From Octopus sinensis (taxonomy: Eukaryota), in contig NC_043006.1 of NCBI RefSeq assembly GCF_006345805.1, positions 93,620,001 through 93,684,000 on the forward strand: 64,000 nucleotides of DNA, written 5' to 3'. Every line of letters starts with the position of its first letter. The first letter of the stretch is position 1. Below the pieces are notes generated by a model, which searched no databases, had not been told where the DNA came from, and was given only the letters and a program-made list of their open reading frames with translations. Positions 13,101 to 59,949 of the stretch are shown here, one piece after another. A program made the position numbers and the translations under genes.

Positions 13101-14321
13101 TGGATGGCTTTGAGTGAGTATTCAGCTTCTTTTGTGGCTGCAGTGGCTGCTGCGTATACTAAATCATGTAGCTCAGTGATATCGCTTTTTTTTCAGTGGC
13201 TATTAGTTCCGTGACGGCTAGATTTATGTTGTCTTGTCTATTTTGATTTTTGGGAGGTATGGTCGGTGGTCCATTTTGATCTCTGTGGTTTTCAGTTCTT
13301 TGATTATTCTACTTTTTATAGTTTCCTAATCATTAGGCTCCCCTTCGTTGTTTCCAGGTTTAAGATTTGTGTCGCTTTCTATCTCATCCGTATATTTCTT
13401 TGTCGTGTTTTGACTTGCTGTTTGTCGTGTATTATTATGAATCCTTACGGTCTGGGTTTGTTGTTTTTTGTTTACATCGTTTTTGTTGGAAATGTTACGT
13501 TTGTCTTCGTGTTTTATTGTTTCAGTGTTTGTATTATTTGGCATTGTTGTGTGGCTTCTATCTACATTTTCCTGATGTATTTTTTCTTTTAAATGTTTTA
13601 TTTCTATTTCTGATATTTTTTTTTTTTGCGTTGAGAATATATCTCCGTATATTTGCTAGTTTATTAGGGTTCATTGTTGTATCCAGATCTTTATTTATGT
13701 TATTTTTCTTCCATATTTTGTATGTATGTGTTGTTGTATTTTCATTCTTTGGGTAGAGCACTGCTGTAAAGTATGCGTGTAGGATAGAAATGTATTCCTC
13801 ACGTGTCCATTTATGTCTTTTGGGTTTTATTTGCGAGACATGAAGAACAACGTCCGGCCCATTATTTTGACGGTCGTCATTTTCGTAGGGTACCGGTACG
13901 TTCATTTCTGTTGTCACATTGTTTTGCACGTGTAGTCTTTCGTACATTTTATGTTGTAAGTTTAATGTACGTACTTCCCGATTGTTATTCTTGGGTTGAA
14001 TAATACTGGTATTATTTAATTTATTCGTAGTTTTTTTGTACATGGTGTTTGGGGCCGGAGATGATCTGGTGTTGATGGATCGTAATGTATCAAGCATGTT
14101 TACATATGTTGTGTTAGAGGTGGAGATGATATCGAGTTAAAATACATCATTTCGTTTTGAAAATAGTAATAAATTTCAATGAGTATTACTTACTCGGATA
14201 TAGTCCAATCCTTTGTCAGTTATTTTTTAGCTCCATGCGATGTCTTTGTTTCCGATGTTTGTGGATAGATTTCGGAGCACTGCTTTATCGCTCTCACATG
14301 TTTAACGTCCCCGGTGTAATC
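10167..14321 (-). mobile_element. Full-length R4/Dong-clade LINE (about 4.15 kb; ORF about 14097 to 10264, disrupted)
   Basis: N-terminal RHKWTREEY domain; RT motifs KAPGHD, YRPITCL, WIDYKKAFDS, GILQGDTLSP, LYIDDIKL; CRIC...H..SGC knuckle; RPDIVV...DVSIP endonuclease. (TAA)n abuts both ends. Confidence 0.95.
11100..11224 (-). repeat. (GAA) about 42 units inside the LINE ORF, with one base missing
   Basis: Reads NKY-E(n)-TTKAIKQM; the ctttt interruption near 11180 shifts the frame. Confidence 0.9.
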
Positions 14322-14341
14322 TTATTATTATTATTATTATT

Positions 14342-14885
14342 ATCATTGAGTGAGAGAGCAGTTCATGCCATCAAAGTGACACTGGGGTAAAATATACGAA
14401 GCCCAATATACCCATCATGACTACCCGTCTGATAAAGGTACACCAGGCACATGCATCACAACCATATGTGCACGACATGGTGATCTCATATCAAGATAAA
14501 CAGCACATGACCTTGCAGGTGGGGCCCAGTTAGAATTTTCTTCAAGTCGAGTAGCCCATCCCGCTCAAAAGGTCGCTGATGAACAAAACCCATGTTTCCA
14601 GAGGTGAATTCTTCAAACTCCAAAGACTTTCTCTGAACAAAATGCTATAATGCTCCCCCACTACTTCTGCTCGTGATCAGAGATGCACATAGCGTCTGCC
14701 AACAAGGGACATGGTCAACTGGTTACGGTCAAACAACTGACAAGCAAGTCTGTGATATTAAGCAGAATATTTGCTGTAGTCCATCTTTTATACCATGACA
14801 AAACAATGTACATTGTAACACTTCCAATTAGTTAAGATCAGAAGCCATGAAAGTCACTGCCTGATACTGCATCAGGGCATTTATT
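14342..14885 (-). mobile_element. About 540 bp non-coding repeat bounded by (TAA)n, copy 1
   Basis: Second copy at 15339-15833; TAA arrays at both ends; no ORF and no obvious Pol III boxes. Confidence 0.7.
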
Positions 14886-14911
14886 ATTGTTGTTGTTGTT
14901 GTTGTTGTTGC

Positions 14912-14980
<69 letters not shown>

Positions 14981-14984
14981 TATT

Positions 14985-15322
14985 ATTGCCTTTGCACAGC
15001 TTCTAATGCTGGAGAATTACTACGGTGTCAGCTGTTCACTATCAGTGAACTAAGGTAACACCCCTTAATTTTCGAGCACCATCCGGAGTATTCAGGCAGT
15101 TCCAAGCTGTGCTGTTTTCTGCAAGTGCTCCACCCTTATTGAAGCCCCTATTTGTTTCATGTACTTCTCAAGATTTTTACTCACTGTTCCCAGGGCTCCG
15201 ACAACCTTTTACATCGACCACAACTTCTTAACCTCCCAAGCTAACCTTTCATATCTATCGACTTTTCTTTCTACCTTATCGCATACCTTATTGTCAGCTG
15301 TGCATGCTATATCTATGATCCC
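14985..15322 (-). mobile_element. 3' fragment of a second R4/Dong subfamily (endonuclease end)
   Basis: IIDIACTADNKVCDKVERKVDRYERLAWEVKKLW; closely matches 58620-58860; (TAA)n flanks. Confidence 0.85.
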
Positions 15323-15338
15323 ATTATTATTATTATTA

Positions 15339-15833
15339 TTGAGTGAGCGAGCAGAGCATGCCATCAAAGTGACACTGGGGTAAAATATACGAAGCCCAGT
15401 ATACCCATCATGACAACCCGTCTGATAAGGGTACACCAGGCACATGCATCACAACCATATGTGCGCGACATGGTGATCTCATATCAAGATAAACAGCACA
15501 TGACCTTGCAGGTGGAGCCCAGTTAGAATTTTCTTCAGATCGAGTAACCCATCCCGCTCAAAAGGTCCCTGAATAAGGGTTGTTTAAGGACGTTGAACGA
15601 AACACCCATGTTTCCATAGGTGAATTATTCAAACCCCAAAGAATCCTTCTCAACACATGGCTATGATGCTCCCCCACTACTTCTGCTCGTGATCAGAGAT
15701 GCACATATCGTCAGCCACTAAGGGACATGCTCAACTGGTTAAGGTCAAACAACTGACAAGCAAATCTGTGGTATTGAGCAGAATATTTGCTGTAGCCCAT
15801 CTTTTTGTGGTATTGAGCAGAATATTTGCTGTT
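15339..15833 (-). mobile_element. TAA-bounded repeat, copy 2, head-truncated with an internal 27 bp duplication
   Basis: Homologous to 14342-14800; tgtggtattgagcagaatatttgctgt occurs twice (about 15768 and 15806). Confidence 0.7.
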
Positions 15834-15874
15834 ATTATTATTATTATTATATTATTATTATTATTATATTATTA

Positions 15875-15905
<31 letters not shown>

Positions 15906-16056
15906 TCGATTAAGTAGCGAGTGTAGGTATGTAAAAGACCTACGAACATGATTTTCAAGTGTGAAGCTTCCAGGATCATATTCTGGAAGGAAATAAAAAC
16001 AAAGTTCTTTTTAAATGGTTTTGAAATATCGTTCTTTGGAATTTGGCCATTCTTCA

Positions 16057-33315
<17,259 letters not shown>

Positions 33316-33623
33316 TCTTCAATTCTTTCGTCTCGTAATCTTCCAGTTCTGTTGATGTTTGTCTTTACTTCAACCGCAAATATCAGCGATTTGAAATTTC
33401 TTACAATATTCAATAAGACTAAACGTGACGGTAATATCTATAAAAACATTCGTGCTGATCGCATCCGTGTGAGTGTGTGTCTGTGAATGTATCTATGTAT
33501 ATAGGCATGAATGCGTATATGTATCTATACACATTTATAAAAGTATGCATATGTATACACATACATATATATATTTACATATGTATGTACATATATATCT
33601 ATATATGTGTATATATACATAAT

Positions 33624-33656
<33 letters not shown>

Positions 33657-33706
33657 TATATATATGTCTATACATATATACCTGTATATGTATATATATA
33701 TATGTA

Positions 33707-33783
<77 letters not shown>

Positions 33784-34397
33784 TATAGATATATATATAT
33801 GTGTGTGTGTGAGTGTGTGTATATGTCTGTGTGTATACATATAAAGTGCGTGTGTAAGTGTATATCTGTATGGATGAATGGATGCGTGCCTGAATGTTAA
33901 TGAGTTGAAACAAGTCCTAATTATGTTTCTGTCCACGTAATTTATAACATGATATCGGCAAAACGCGTAACGTTATACTGACAATTTGTTTAAACTAGGT
34001 TGAGTTATTTCCTTTTCATAAATAATGTCCTTATTTTAAGCTGTTTAAAACTTTCACCCTATTATTATATTTATAATCTACACAAACACACCGTGTTGGG
34101 ATGTGTTGTATATAGTTTTTAGGAAACCGTCAACATTTTTGAAAAAGTGTTGAGGTTGCAGAAACGAAAACAAACCAACAGCGCATGGTAAGGTGAAAGA
34201 GACTGTCATAGACATATACATATATTCGTATATGTGAAGTTACGACGTTGGGCATTATTCCTCGCGCGTTGAGTTCAAACTCCACCGAGGCCGACTTTAC
34301 CTTTCATCCTTTCGTGGTCGATAAATCAAGTACCAGTGAAACACTGGATTCGATGTAATCGACTAGTCCCTTCCCACCAAATTTCAGGCCTTGTGCC

Positions 34398-34431
<34 letters not shown>

Positions 34432-34581
34432 ATTGCTACTAAACCAATCTACGACAAACTTATTTAACTTATCTTTCAGTATGTATTAAGCCTTATTTCG
34501 TTTTATGTTATTTATTTATTGTAGAAATTATTTAATAGTATTAGAGTATCATTTACTATATTATTATATGTTATTACTTTT

Positions 34582-35029
34582 TACTCTTTTACTCTTTTAC
34601 TTGTTTCAGTCATTGACTGCGGCCATGTGGAGCACCGCCTTAGTCGAGCAAATCGACCCCGGACTTATTCTTTGTACGCCCCGTACTTATTCTATCGGTC
34701 TCTTTTGCCGAACCGCTAGGTGACGGGGACGTAAACACACCAGCATCGGTTTGTCAAGCAATGCTAGGGGGACAAACACCGACACACAAACATATACACA
34801 CACACTATAGATATATATATATATATATATATATATATCTATATATATATATATATATACATATATACGACAAGTTCTTTCAGTTTCCGTTTACCAAATC
34901 CACTCACAAGGCATTGGTCCGCCCGGGGTTATAGCAGAAGACACTTACCCAAGATGCCACGTAGTGGGACTGAACCCGGAACCATGTGGTTGGTTAGCAA
35001 GCTACTTACCACACAGCCACTCCTGCGCC
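34582..35029 (-). mobile_element. Full tRNA/CORE-type SINE
   Basis: Same head, internal TA array and tail as 25331-25735. Confidence 0.85.
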
Positions 35030-36303
35030 TATTAATATTTTAAACAAAATGACAAAAACTTTTTGTTGATGGGGAGTGTGAGATGCGTTTGGGCTTCATG
35101 AGTTGGAGAGAGGTGGGTGGGATGTGGTGGTAGAGGGCATCTGGCTATAGTTGGCGGTTTGTTGTTGATTGTAGGATAGTACTGAGGGGAAGGCCATACT
35201 GCTGCTATTAACAATGACACACGTACAGGCATACACACGCATACATATACACATATGCTCACACACACACGCATGCGCACATAAATAGTTTCCGTCATTT
35301 TCATTGATAATTTATTCTATTTGTTTACACAACGTCTTCACGCGTTTAATTTCTTATAAACGCTAAGAACTATTCTTTTACGTTTGGATTTTGCAGTGTA
35401 TTGAGCTAAGTAACGTTGAATTAATTAATAGTAGGCTGTCAGTTGTAGTTTGGTGTCTTCGTGGTAGATTGTTCATTTCTTATACTTTTTTTCTCACCTT
35501 TCTTTAATTCATGGGGCTTAGATGTTCTTCGTATTCTTCATTAGTAAATAGTTTTCGCCATTTTCATTGATAATTTATTCTATTTGTTTACACTCAGTCT
35601 TCTCGCGTTTAATTTTTATAAACACTTAGACCTATATATAATTTCTTACGTTTAAAATTCAGTTATATTATTTTCATCGACAAGCTAACTAACGGTTTTT
35701 GCTTATAAATATTATTTGGCTTTTGAATTATATTGGGTTTGATTATTATTGTTATTATTATTGTTGATGAAATATTATTTTTATATATATTGATAGTTAT
35801 AAGTTATGATAGTTATTATGATATCTATTTATTTAGAATGCGTTACTATTATTTTTATAAAGGGATTTAACGTATTATATATAATTTAATTTGAGAATTA
35901 ATTTTGCTAGACAATACATTATTTAATAATTAGGTGGTATATTTATTAAGTAGTATTACATTTAAGTAAATGAGCTTTTATATTAATTGATATTTTGGTC
36001 AACTATATTATTGAGTGATATATTAAATCTATAGATACTACATATATATTAATTATATAGTTAGTTTATATAATGGATGTGTCTATATTTGAACCATTTC
36101 TCATTTTTGATTCCAGTATTTATGGCTTGCACTAGCATTGTGTATATTAATTAATATTAAGGTTTTAGTATTACTTGCTTAATGGGTTTTAGACTTTATT
36201 TGGATGTTTATTAAATAAATTATAAATTTTTTGATTTAATGTATATATTTTAAAGTGTTGTATTTAGTTTTCACTTAATGTATATTTTGTATCTTATATT
36301 ATA

Positions 36304-36346
<43 letters not shown>

Positions 36347-36424
36347 ATATATATATTATATATATATGTGTATATAATATATATATATATATATATTATA
36401 TATATAATATATATATATATATAT

Positions 36425-36717
36425 TGTATAAACAGTTGCAGCGTTGAAGGTGTTTATAAGCCATTTAAGAAACATACATAAACCGTTAGATTCACTTCAA
36501 CATTTAAATTTATTTGTCCAAATATTTTCGTCGTTTTGAGACTGCGACCTGTTCACTGACAAAACTTTGTGCGGCACGAAGTTTTGTCAGTGACAGGTCG
36601 CAGTCTCAAAACGACGAAAATTTTGGACAAATTAAATTTAAATGTTGAAGTGAATCTAACGGTTTATGTATGTTTCTTAATTGCTTTAAACACCTTCAAC
36701 GCTGCACTGTTTATACA
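36425..36717. repeat. Near-perfect fold-back (arms of about 143 bp) in (TA)n; MITE-like or inverted terminal repeat
   Basis: 36425-36568 is the reverse complement of 36578-36717 with a few mismatches; loop gtgcggcac. Confidence 0.85.
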
Positions 36718-36720
36718 TAT

Positions 36721-36762
<42 letters not shown>

Positions 36763-36998
36763 ATACAAAATATACATTCGCTCCCGTCGAATTTTATCCC
36801 TAACTTTTGTGGTTATAGAACCTAGCTTTTCTTTCTAGCGTGTTGAATCCCACGAGTGGAATCCTTATGTGTTTAAATGTACACTGTATTTTATGACTAA
36901 TACATAGTCTTTGGACTAAATCTTTACATGTTAGGCCACTGGAAATGAAAATTGTAATTAATTCCAGACGCTAAATATTATATATATATATATATATC

Positions 36999-37041
<43 letters not shown>

Positions 37042-37149
37042 ATATATACAGATATAATATATACATACATAGAAACACATTCATACATATATATATAGAA
37101 AGAGAGAGAGAGAGGGAGATCAAGTGCCACGCTCAAGAAATAATCCATA

Positions 37150-37547
37150 ACTTCTTGCATATGTATATATGCCTATGACTGTCTCTCTCACCTTGCCATC
37201 CGGCGTTGGTTTGTTTCCGCTTCTACAAACTGAACACTTTTTCAAAAATATTGAAGGTTTCCTGAAAACTAAATACAACACATCCCAACACGGTGTGTTT
37301 GTATAGATTATAACTACACTAATGGGGTGAAATTATTTCAAATAAGGACATTAGGCAATTAGTTTCAGATTTATATAAACGAAATAACTTAAACTACTTT
37401 AAACTAAAAGTCAGAATCTCTTTACGTTTCTCGGTTCTGCTGATATCGTGTTATCAATTTCGTGGACAGAAACATAATTAGGCGATTGTGCAACTCATTA
37501 ACACACATGCATACATTCATAAATGCACACGTACATAGACTCACAGA

Positions 37548-37582
<35 letters not shown>

Positions 37583-37894
37583 CCATGTGCATATACATGT
37601 GTATATGTTTATATATAGATATGTATATAGAGAGTTATGTAGATATATATATACGTATGTATACTTTTATAAATCTTGTGTATGTATATAAACACATATT
37701 TACATTCATGCATGTATGCATAAATACATTCACAGACACACACTCACACACAAGCTTGAATGTCCTTACAGATATTACCGTCACGTCTAGTCTTATTGAA
37801 ATATTGAAAGAAATTTCAAATCGCTGATATTTGCGGTTGAAGTAAAGACAAACATCAACAGAACTGGAAGATTACGAGACTGAAGAATTGAAGA
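37150..37894 (+). promoter_or_regulatory. Upstream block conserved in all three paralogs (candidate promoter or 5' UTR exon)
   Basis: Inverted homolog of 33316-34230 (A) and 5004-5830 (B); possible acceptor ccttacag ending at 37771. Confidence 0.4.
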
Positions 37895-56062
<18,168 letters not shown>

Positions 56063-57311
56063 AGAATGGCCATGTTCTAAGGTACGATACTTCAAAACCA
56101 TATAGAGAGAACTGTTTATATTTCTTTCCCAAAGGGGAACCTGGAAGATTCACTAGATACTCAATCCAAAAACAACAACAACAACAACAACAACAACGAT
56201 GATGATGATGATGATGATGATGATGACAACAATGATAATAATTCAGTATAGCAGACAACATAAGAGAATTAATTAGTTTTATCGTGAAGAAATGGGAAGT
56301 AGATCTCTGCTCAGGTGACACATTCTTAGAGAGAGTTAATATCAAAAGAGGAATTTTTCAGGTGGACTCGTTGTCTCCTTTATAATATTTGTCTTATGTT
56401 TGAACCCTCCAAGTTTAGTATTGAGGAAGGCAAAGTCAGGGTACCAGTTCTGAAATAGCAAGGAAACAATTAACCATATGTTCTACATGGATAATCTGAA
56501 GCTATTTATTAAGAATGAATAAGAGATAAATTCCTTAATAGAGACTGTAAGACTCTTCAGTAAAGTTATAAGCGTGGAATTTGGTATAGAAAGGTATGCA
56601 ATATTAGTAATGAGAAAGGAACAGGTAGTCAACAGCGAAGGCATCCTACCACCTGATGGTCAGACATTAAAATCATTGAAAGGAGGAGAGAGTTAGAAGT
56701 ATCTAGGAGTATCAGAATATGACAGGGTACAAACTACAGAAATGAAAACGAAAATTAAGGAGTACATCTGAAGGGTGATGAAGCTAATGAAGTAAAAGCT
56801 GAATGGTTCGAATCTAGTGAAGGTTGTAAATACTTTGGGCAGTATGATTACTTAGATACTCAGCAACTTTTGTAGACTAGACAAAAATTGAATTAGCAAA
56901 GCTTGACAGAAGAACCAGAAAGGAATTCAATATGAATGGAAGACTTCATCCAAGGGAAGGAGTAGCAAGATTACGCTTACCTAGAAATGAACGTGGAAGA
57001 AAGTGATTGTCAGTAGAAAACTGCGTGGTGTTAGCTGGAGTAGATATAGACTCCTATGTAAGTAATAGCGAAGATAGTTTGTTAAAAGCTGCTAAAATCA
57101 CAGCAAGACATACGGAAACCAAAACAACCAACGAACTTAAAAACCAGAAAAAAGAACAGGAATTATTTGATTTGCAGGAGCAGGCGTTGCAAGGGAGATT
57201 CCCGAAGGTAATTTGGGCAAATAGTAGTAGTAAGACAAGATTACAGTTCCAGAAAAAACGCTGAAGATAGAGAGAGAGAGAGGCAGACAGAAAGTTTGTT
57301 AGTAGTGAGTG

Positions 57312-58076
57312 AATTATGGAGTGAAGTTTAGGGCTTATAAATCTAATATTTTCCTATCCTTTCTTAATACCGGTTCCCATACGCTATTCATATCTGCACT
57401 CGGTCTGCTCAGGAGGTTGTTGTGTCCTAACATATGTGCTGCTTCTTTTAGTTTCCGTATTTTCCAGTGGGGTTCTCTATCTATTATTTCGGAGAGGCCT
57501 TTGACATAGGGTAGACAGACTGTGGACAGTTTATCGGTTTCATCCTCTCTTTTCTTCCTAATTGGAGCGGAGAGTCTGTCTACCCTATGTGAAAGCCTCT
57601 CCAAAAAGATACAAAAGATATGCGACCCATATGATATCAAGACAGTATTCAAGAGTAATACAACACTTTGCAAAAATCTCATTCAGGTAAAACCACCAAT
57701 AGAAGAGAATATGACCAAAGACTGCATGTTCTCCATTCCATGCAGCTGTGGTAGGTTATACAAAGGTGAACATGCCGCCCCCTCAAAATAAGGGTAGACG
57801 AACATCACAAAACTGTGACACGAGAAGATATCGATAAATCGGGTATAGCTGATCATGTATGGAAAAATGGAGACCACCTCCCCCTGTGGGATGAAGTTAA
57901 ATAATAGACAGAGAAGACCACCGGAAAATATGAAAACTAAAAGAAGCAGCACATATGCTAGGACGCAACAACCTCCTAAGTAGACCGAGTGCAGATATGA
58001 ACAGCATATGGGAACCGGTATTAAGGAAGGATAGGAAAATAGTAGATTTATAAGCCCTAAAATTCACTCCATAATT
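57312..58076. mobile_element. Penelope-like element 3' region (GIY-YIG) as a head-to-head inverted duplication
   Basis: Plus arm LPYVKGLS...SIPCSCGRLYKGE...ADHVW...LKEAAHM; the minus arm repeats LPYVKGLSE fused directly to IIDRE...RKDRKILDL. Confidence 0.85.
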
Positions 58077-58082
58077 GACCAA

Positions 58083-58163
58083 GGGCATATCATATGGCAT
58101 AGTGGTTAAGAGCGCGGGTTACTAACCCCAAGATTCCGAGTTCGATTCCTGGCAGTGACCTGA
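58083..58163 (+). mobile_element. Short tRNA-derived SINE with CAA/TAA tail
   Basis: TGGCATAGTGG A box, GTTCGATTCC B box, then (CAA)(CAG)(TAA)n. Confidence 0.7.
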
Positions 58164-58191
58164 ATAACAACAACAACAGCAGCAGCAGCAG

Positions 58192-58222
<31 letters not shown>

Positions 58223-58229
58223 AATAATG

Positions 58230-58296
<67 letters not shown>

Positions 58297-59820
58297 TAAT
58301 AATAATAATAACCATAATAATAATAATAATAAAGAACAAATTACATTAAATATAGAATAGACAACACATGAGAAAGTGATATGGACAAAATGGTGAAATC
58401 GTACGCCGCTAGCCCAGAATGAATATAAGAGACATCATGACAATATAGCGAGGATTGTCCATTGGACATTTTGCTACAAGTATGGTACCACAAAAAAGTG
58501 GTACGAACATCAACCTGAAGGCATCATCGAAAATGATAATGCAAAGATCCAATGGGATTTCATGATTCAGTGCGACCAGACATAGTGTTAATTGAGAAAG
58601 AAAGCAAACGATGCTGGATCATAGATATAGTATGCCCAGCTGACAACAAGGTATGCGATAAGGAAGAAAGAAAAGTCGATAGATATGACAGGTTAGCTTG
58701 GGAGGTTAAGCAGTTGTGGTCGATGTGAAAGGTGGCAGTAGTAACAATAATCGTCGGAGCCCTTGCAACGGTGAGTAAAATTCTCGAAAAGTACATGGAA
58801 TAAGTAAGGGCTGCAATAAGGGTGGAGAACTTGTAGAAAACAGCACAGTTTGGAACTTCACACGCCTATCTTAAAATCATTTCTCCCTTAACGTTCAAAG
58901 ATAGGCAGAAATATTCAAGGGAGGTCATTATATAAGAATTAAATAAGAGTAGCTTCCCTTCATCAACTTGAATATGTAAAGCATTTCCTTAACGCTGTCT
59001 CTGTCTTCATTTTATAACCTTTTCTCATGGCGTTTCTTAATGTCCATTCGATGAAATATCTTCACATAAACCTAACTATTAATCATTTAGCATTCATCTT
59101 GTCAATACTTGTTTCAGTCATTGGACTGGGACCATGCTGGTGTGTTTAGTTGAACAAATCGACTTGAGTACTTATTATAAAGCGTCGTACATTTTTCATC
59201 GCTTTTTTAGCGACCCGCTCAATTACGGGAACTTAAAGAAACCGACATCAGTTGTGAATTCGGCTGGATAAAAATTACATACGCATATATAGATATACAT
59301 ACATGCATGTGCACATGCATACATCTCCGCTCACACTCACATACATGCACACACATACACGCACACACATACACACGACGGGTTGCCACACAGAATATGT
59401 GTGTGTGTGTGTATGTATGTATCATTTATATTATAATATATGCTTCATTTAAAGTGACTAAGCCTAAAAAGATGATCGAACGACCGAGAATTGAACACGA
59501 CGTCAATGCTTACATGGCTCCGAACTCACCCAATTCAGTCACATAGCCCATCCATCAATTTTAGCCAATTTTAATGCATAGATAATTGTTTTAGTCTAGT
59601 ATATATATATACAAAATAAGAAAATGGAGAAACACATCTTAATCAATGATCAACTACCAGATAATACTCAATCACATAACTTATTAAACCACTACATATG
59701 AACATTAAGGTGAAACATAATAATATAGAACAAAACAATGTACATGAAAGAGTAATATGATACAATAAGTACAGTATGTATAAGTGAATATAAATAAATA
59801 CAAATATAAATATAAACTAC

Positions 59821-59949
59821 ATCTTACAGCTGTTTCGGCCATGCAGATATGCGTGTGTCTCATTATGCTCATATTAACCATGTGTGATAGGTCAATATGT
59901 AGTTATAAATGAGACACTTACAAATATATCCCAAGGCCTCTTCAGAGAT
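59821..59949 (-). ncRNA. Type I minimal hammerhead ribozyme with extended stem II, copy 1
   Basis: AUCU-CUGAAGA-GGCC-[94 nt]-GGCC-GAAA-CAGCUG-UA-AGAU: full core, 4 bp stem I, palindromic stem III, GUA triplet; predicted cleavage between 59825 and 59824. Confidence 0.78.

Larger units (their letters stand above)
56241..58860 (+). mobile_element. Decayed R4/Dong LINE (56241-57262 and 58335-58860) interrupted by a Penelope element, a SINE and (TAA)n
   Basis: IKRGIFQ.DSLSP, INHMFYMDNLKLF, LHPREGVARL.L.RNE.GR in the first part; HDNIARIVHW, KILWDF-like and IIDI.CPAD motifs in the second. Confidence 0.8.

Noticed and set aside
35290-36280. Mitochondrial insertion (NUMT)
   Set aside because: AT-rich, but I found no recognisable mitochondrial protein, rRNA or tRNA motif.
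58083-58163. Functional tRNA gene (also 16728-16797)
   Set aside because: A and B boxes are present but the acceptor stem does not pair, and a microsatellite tail follows; SINE-derived.
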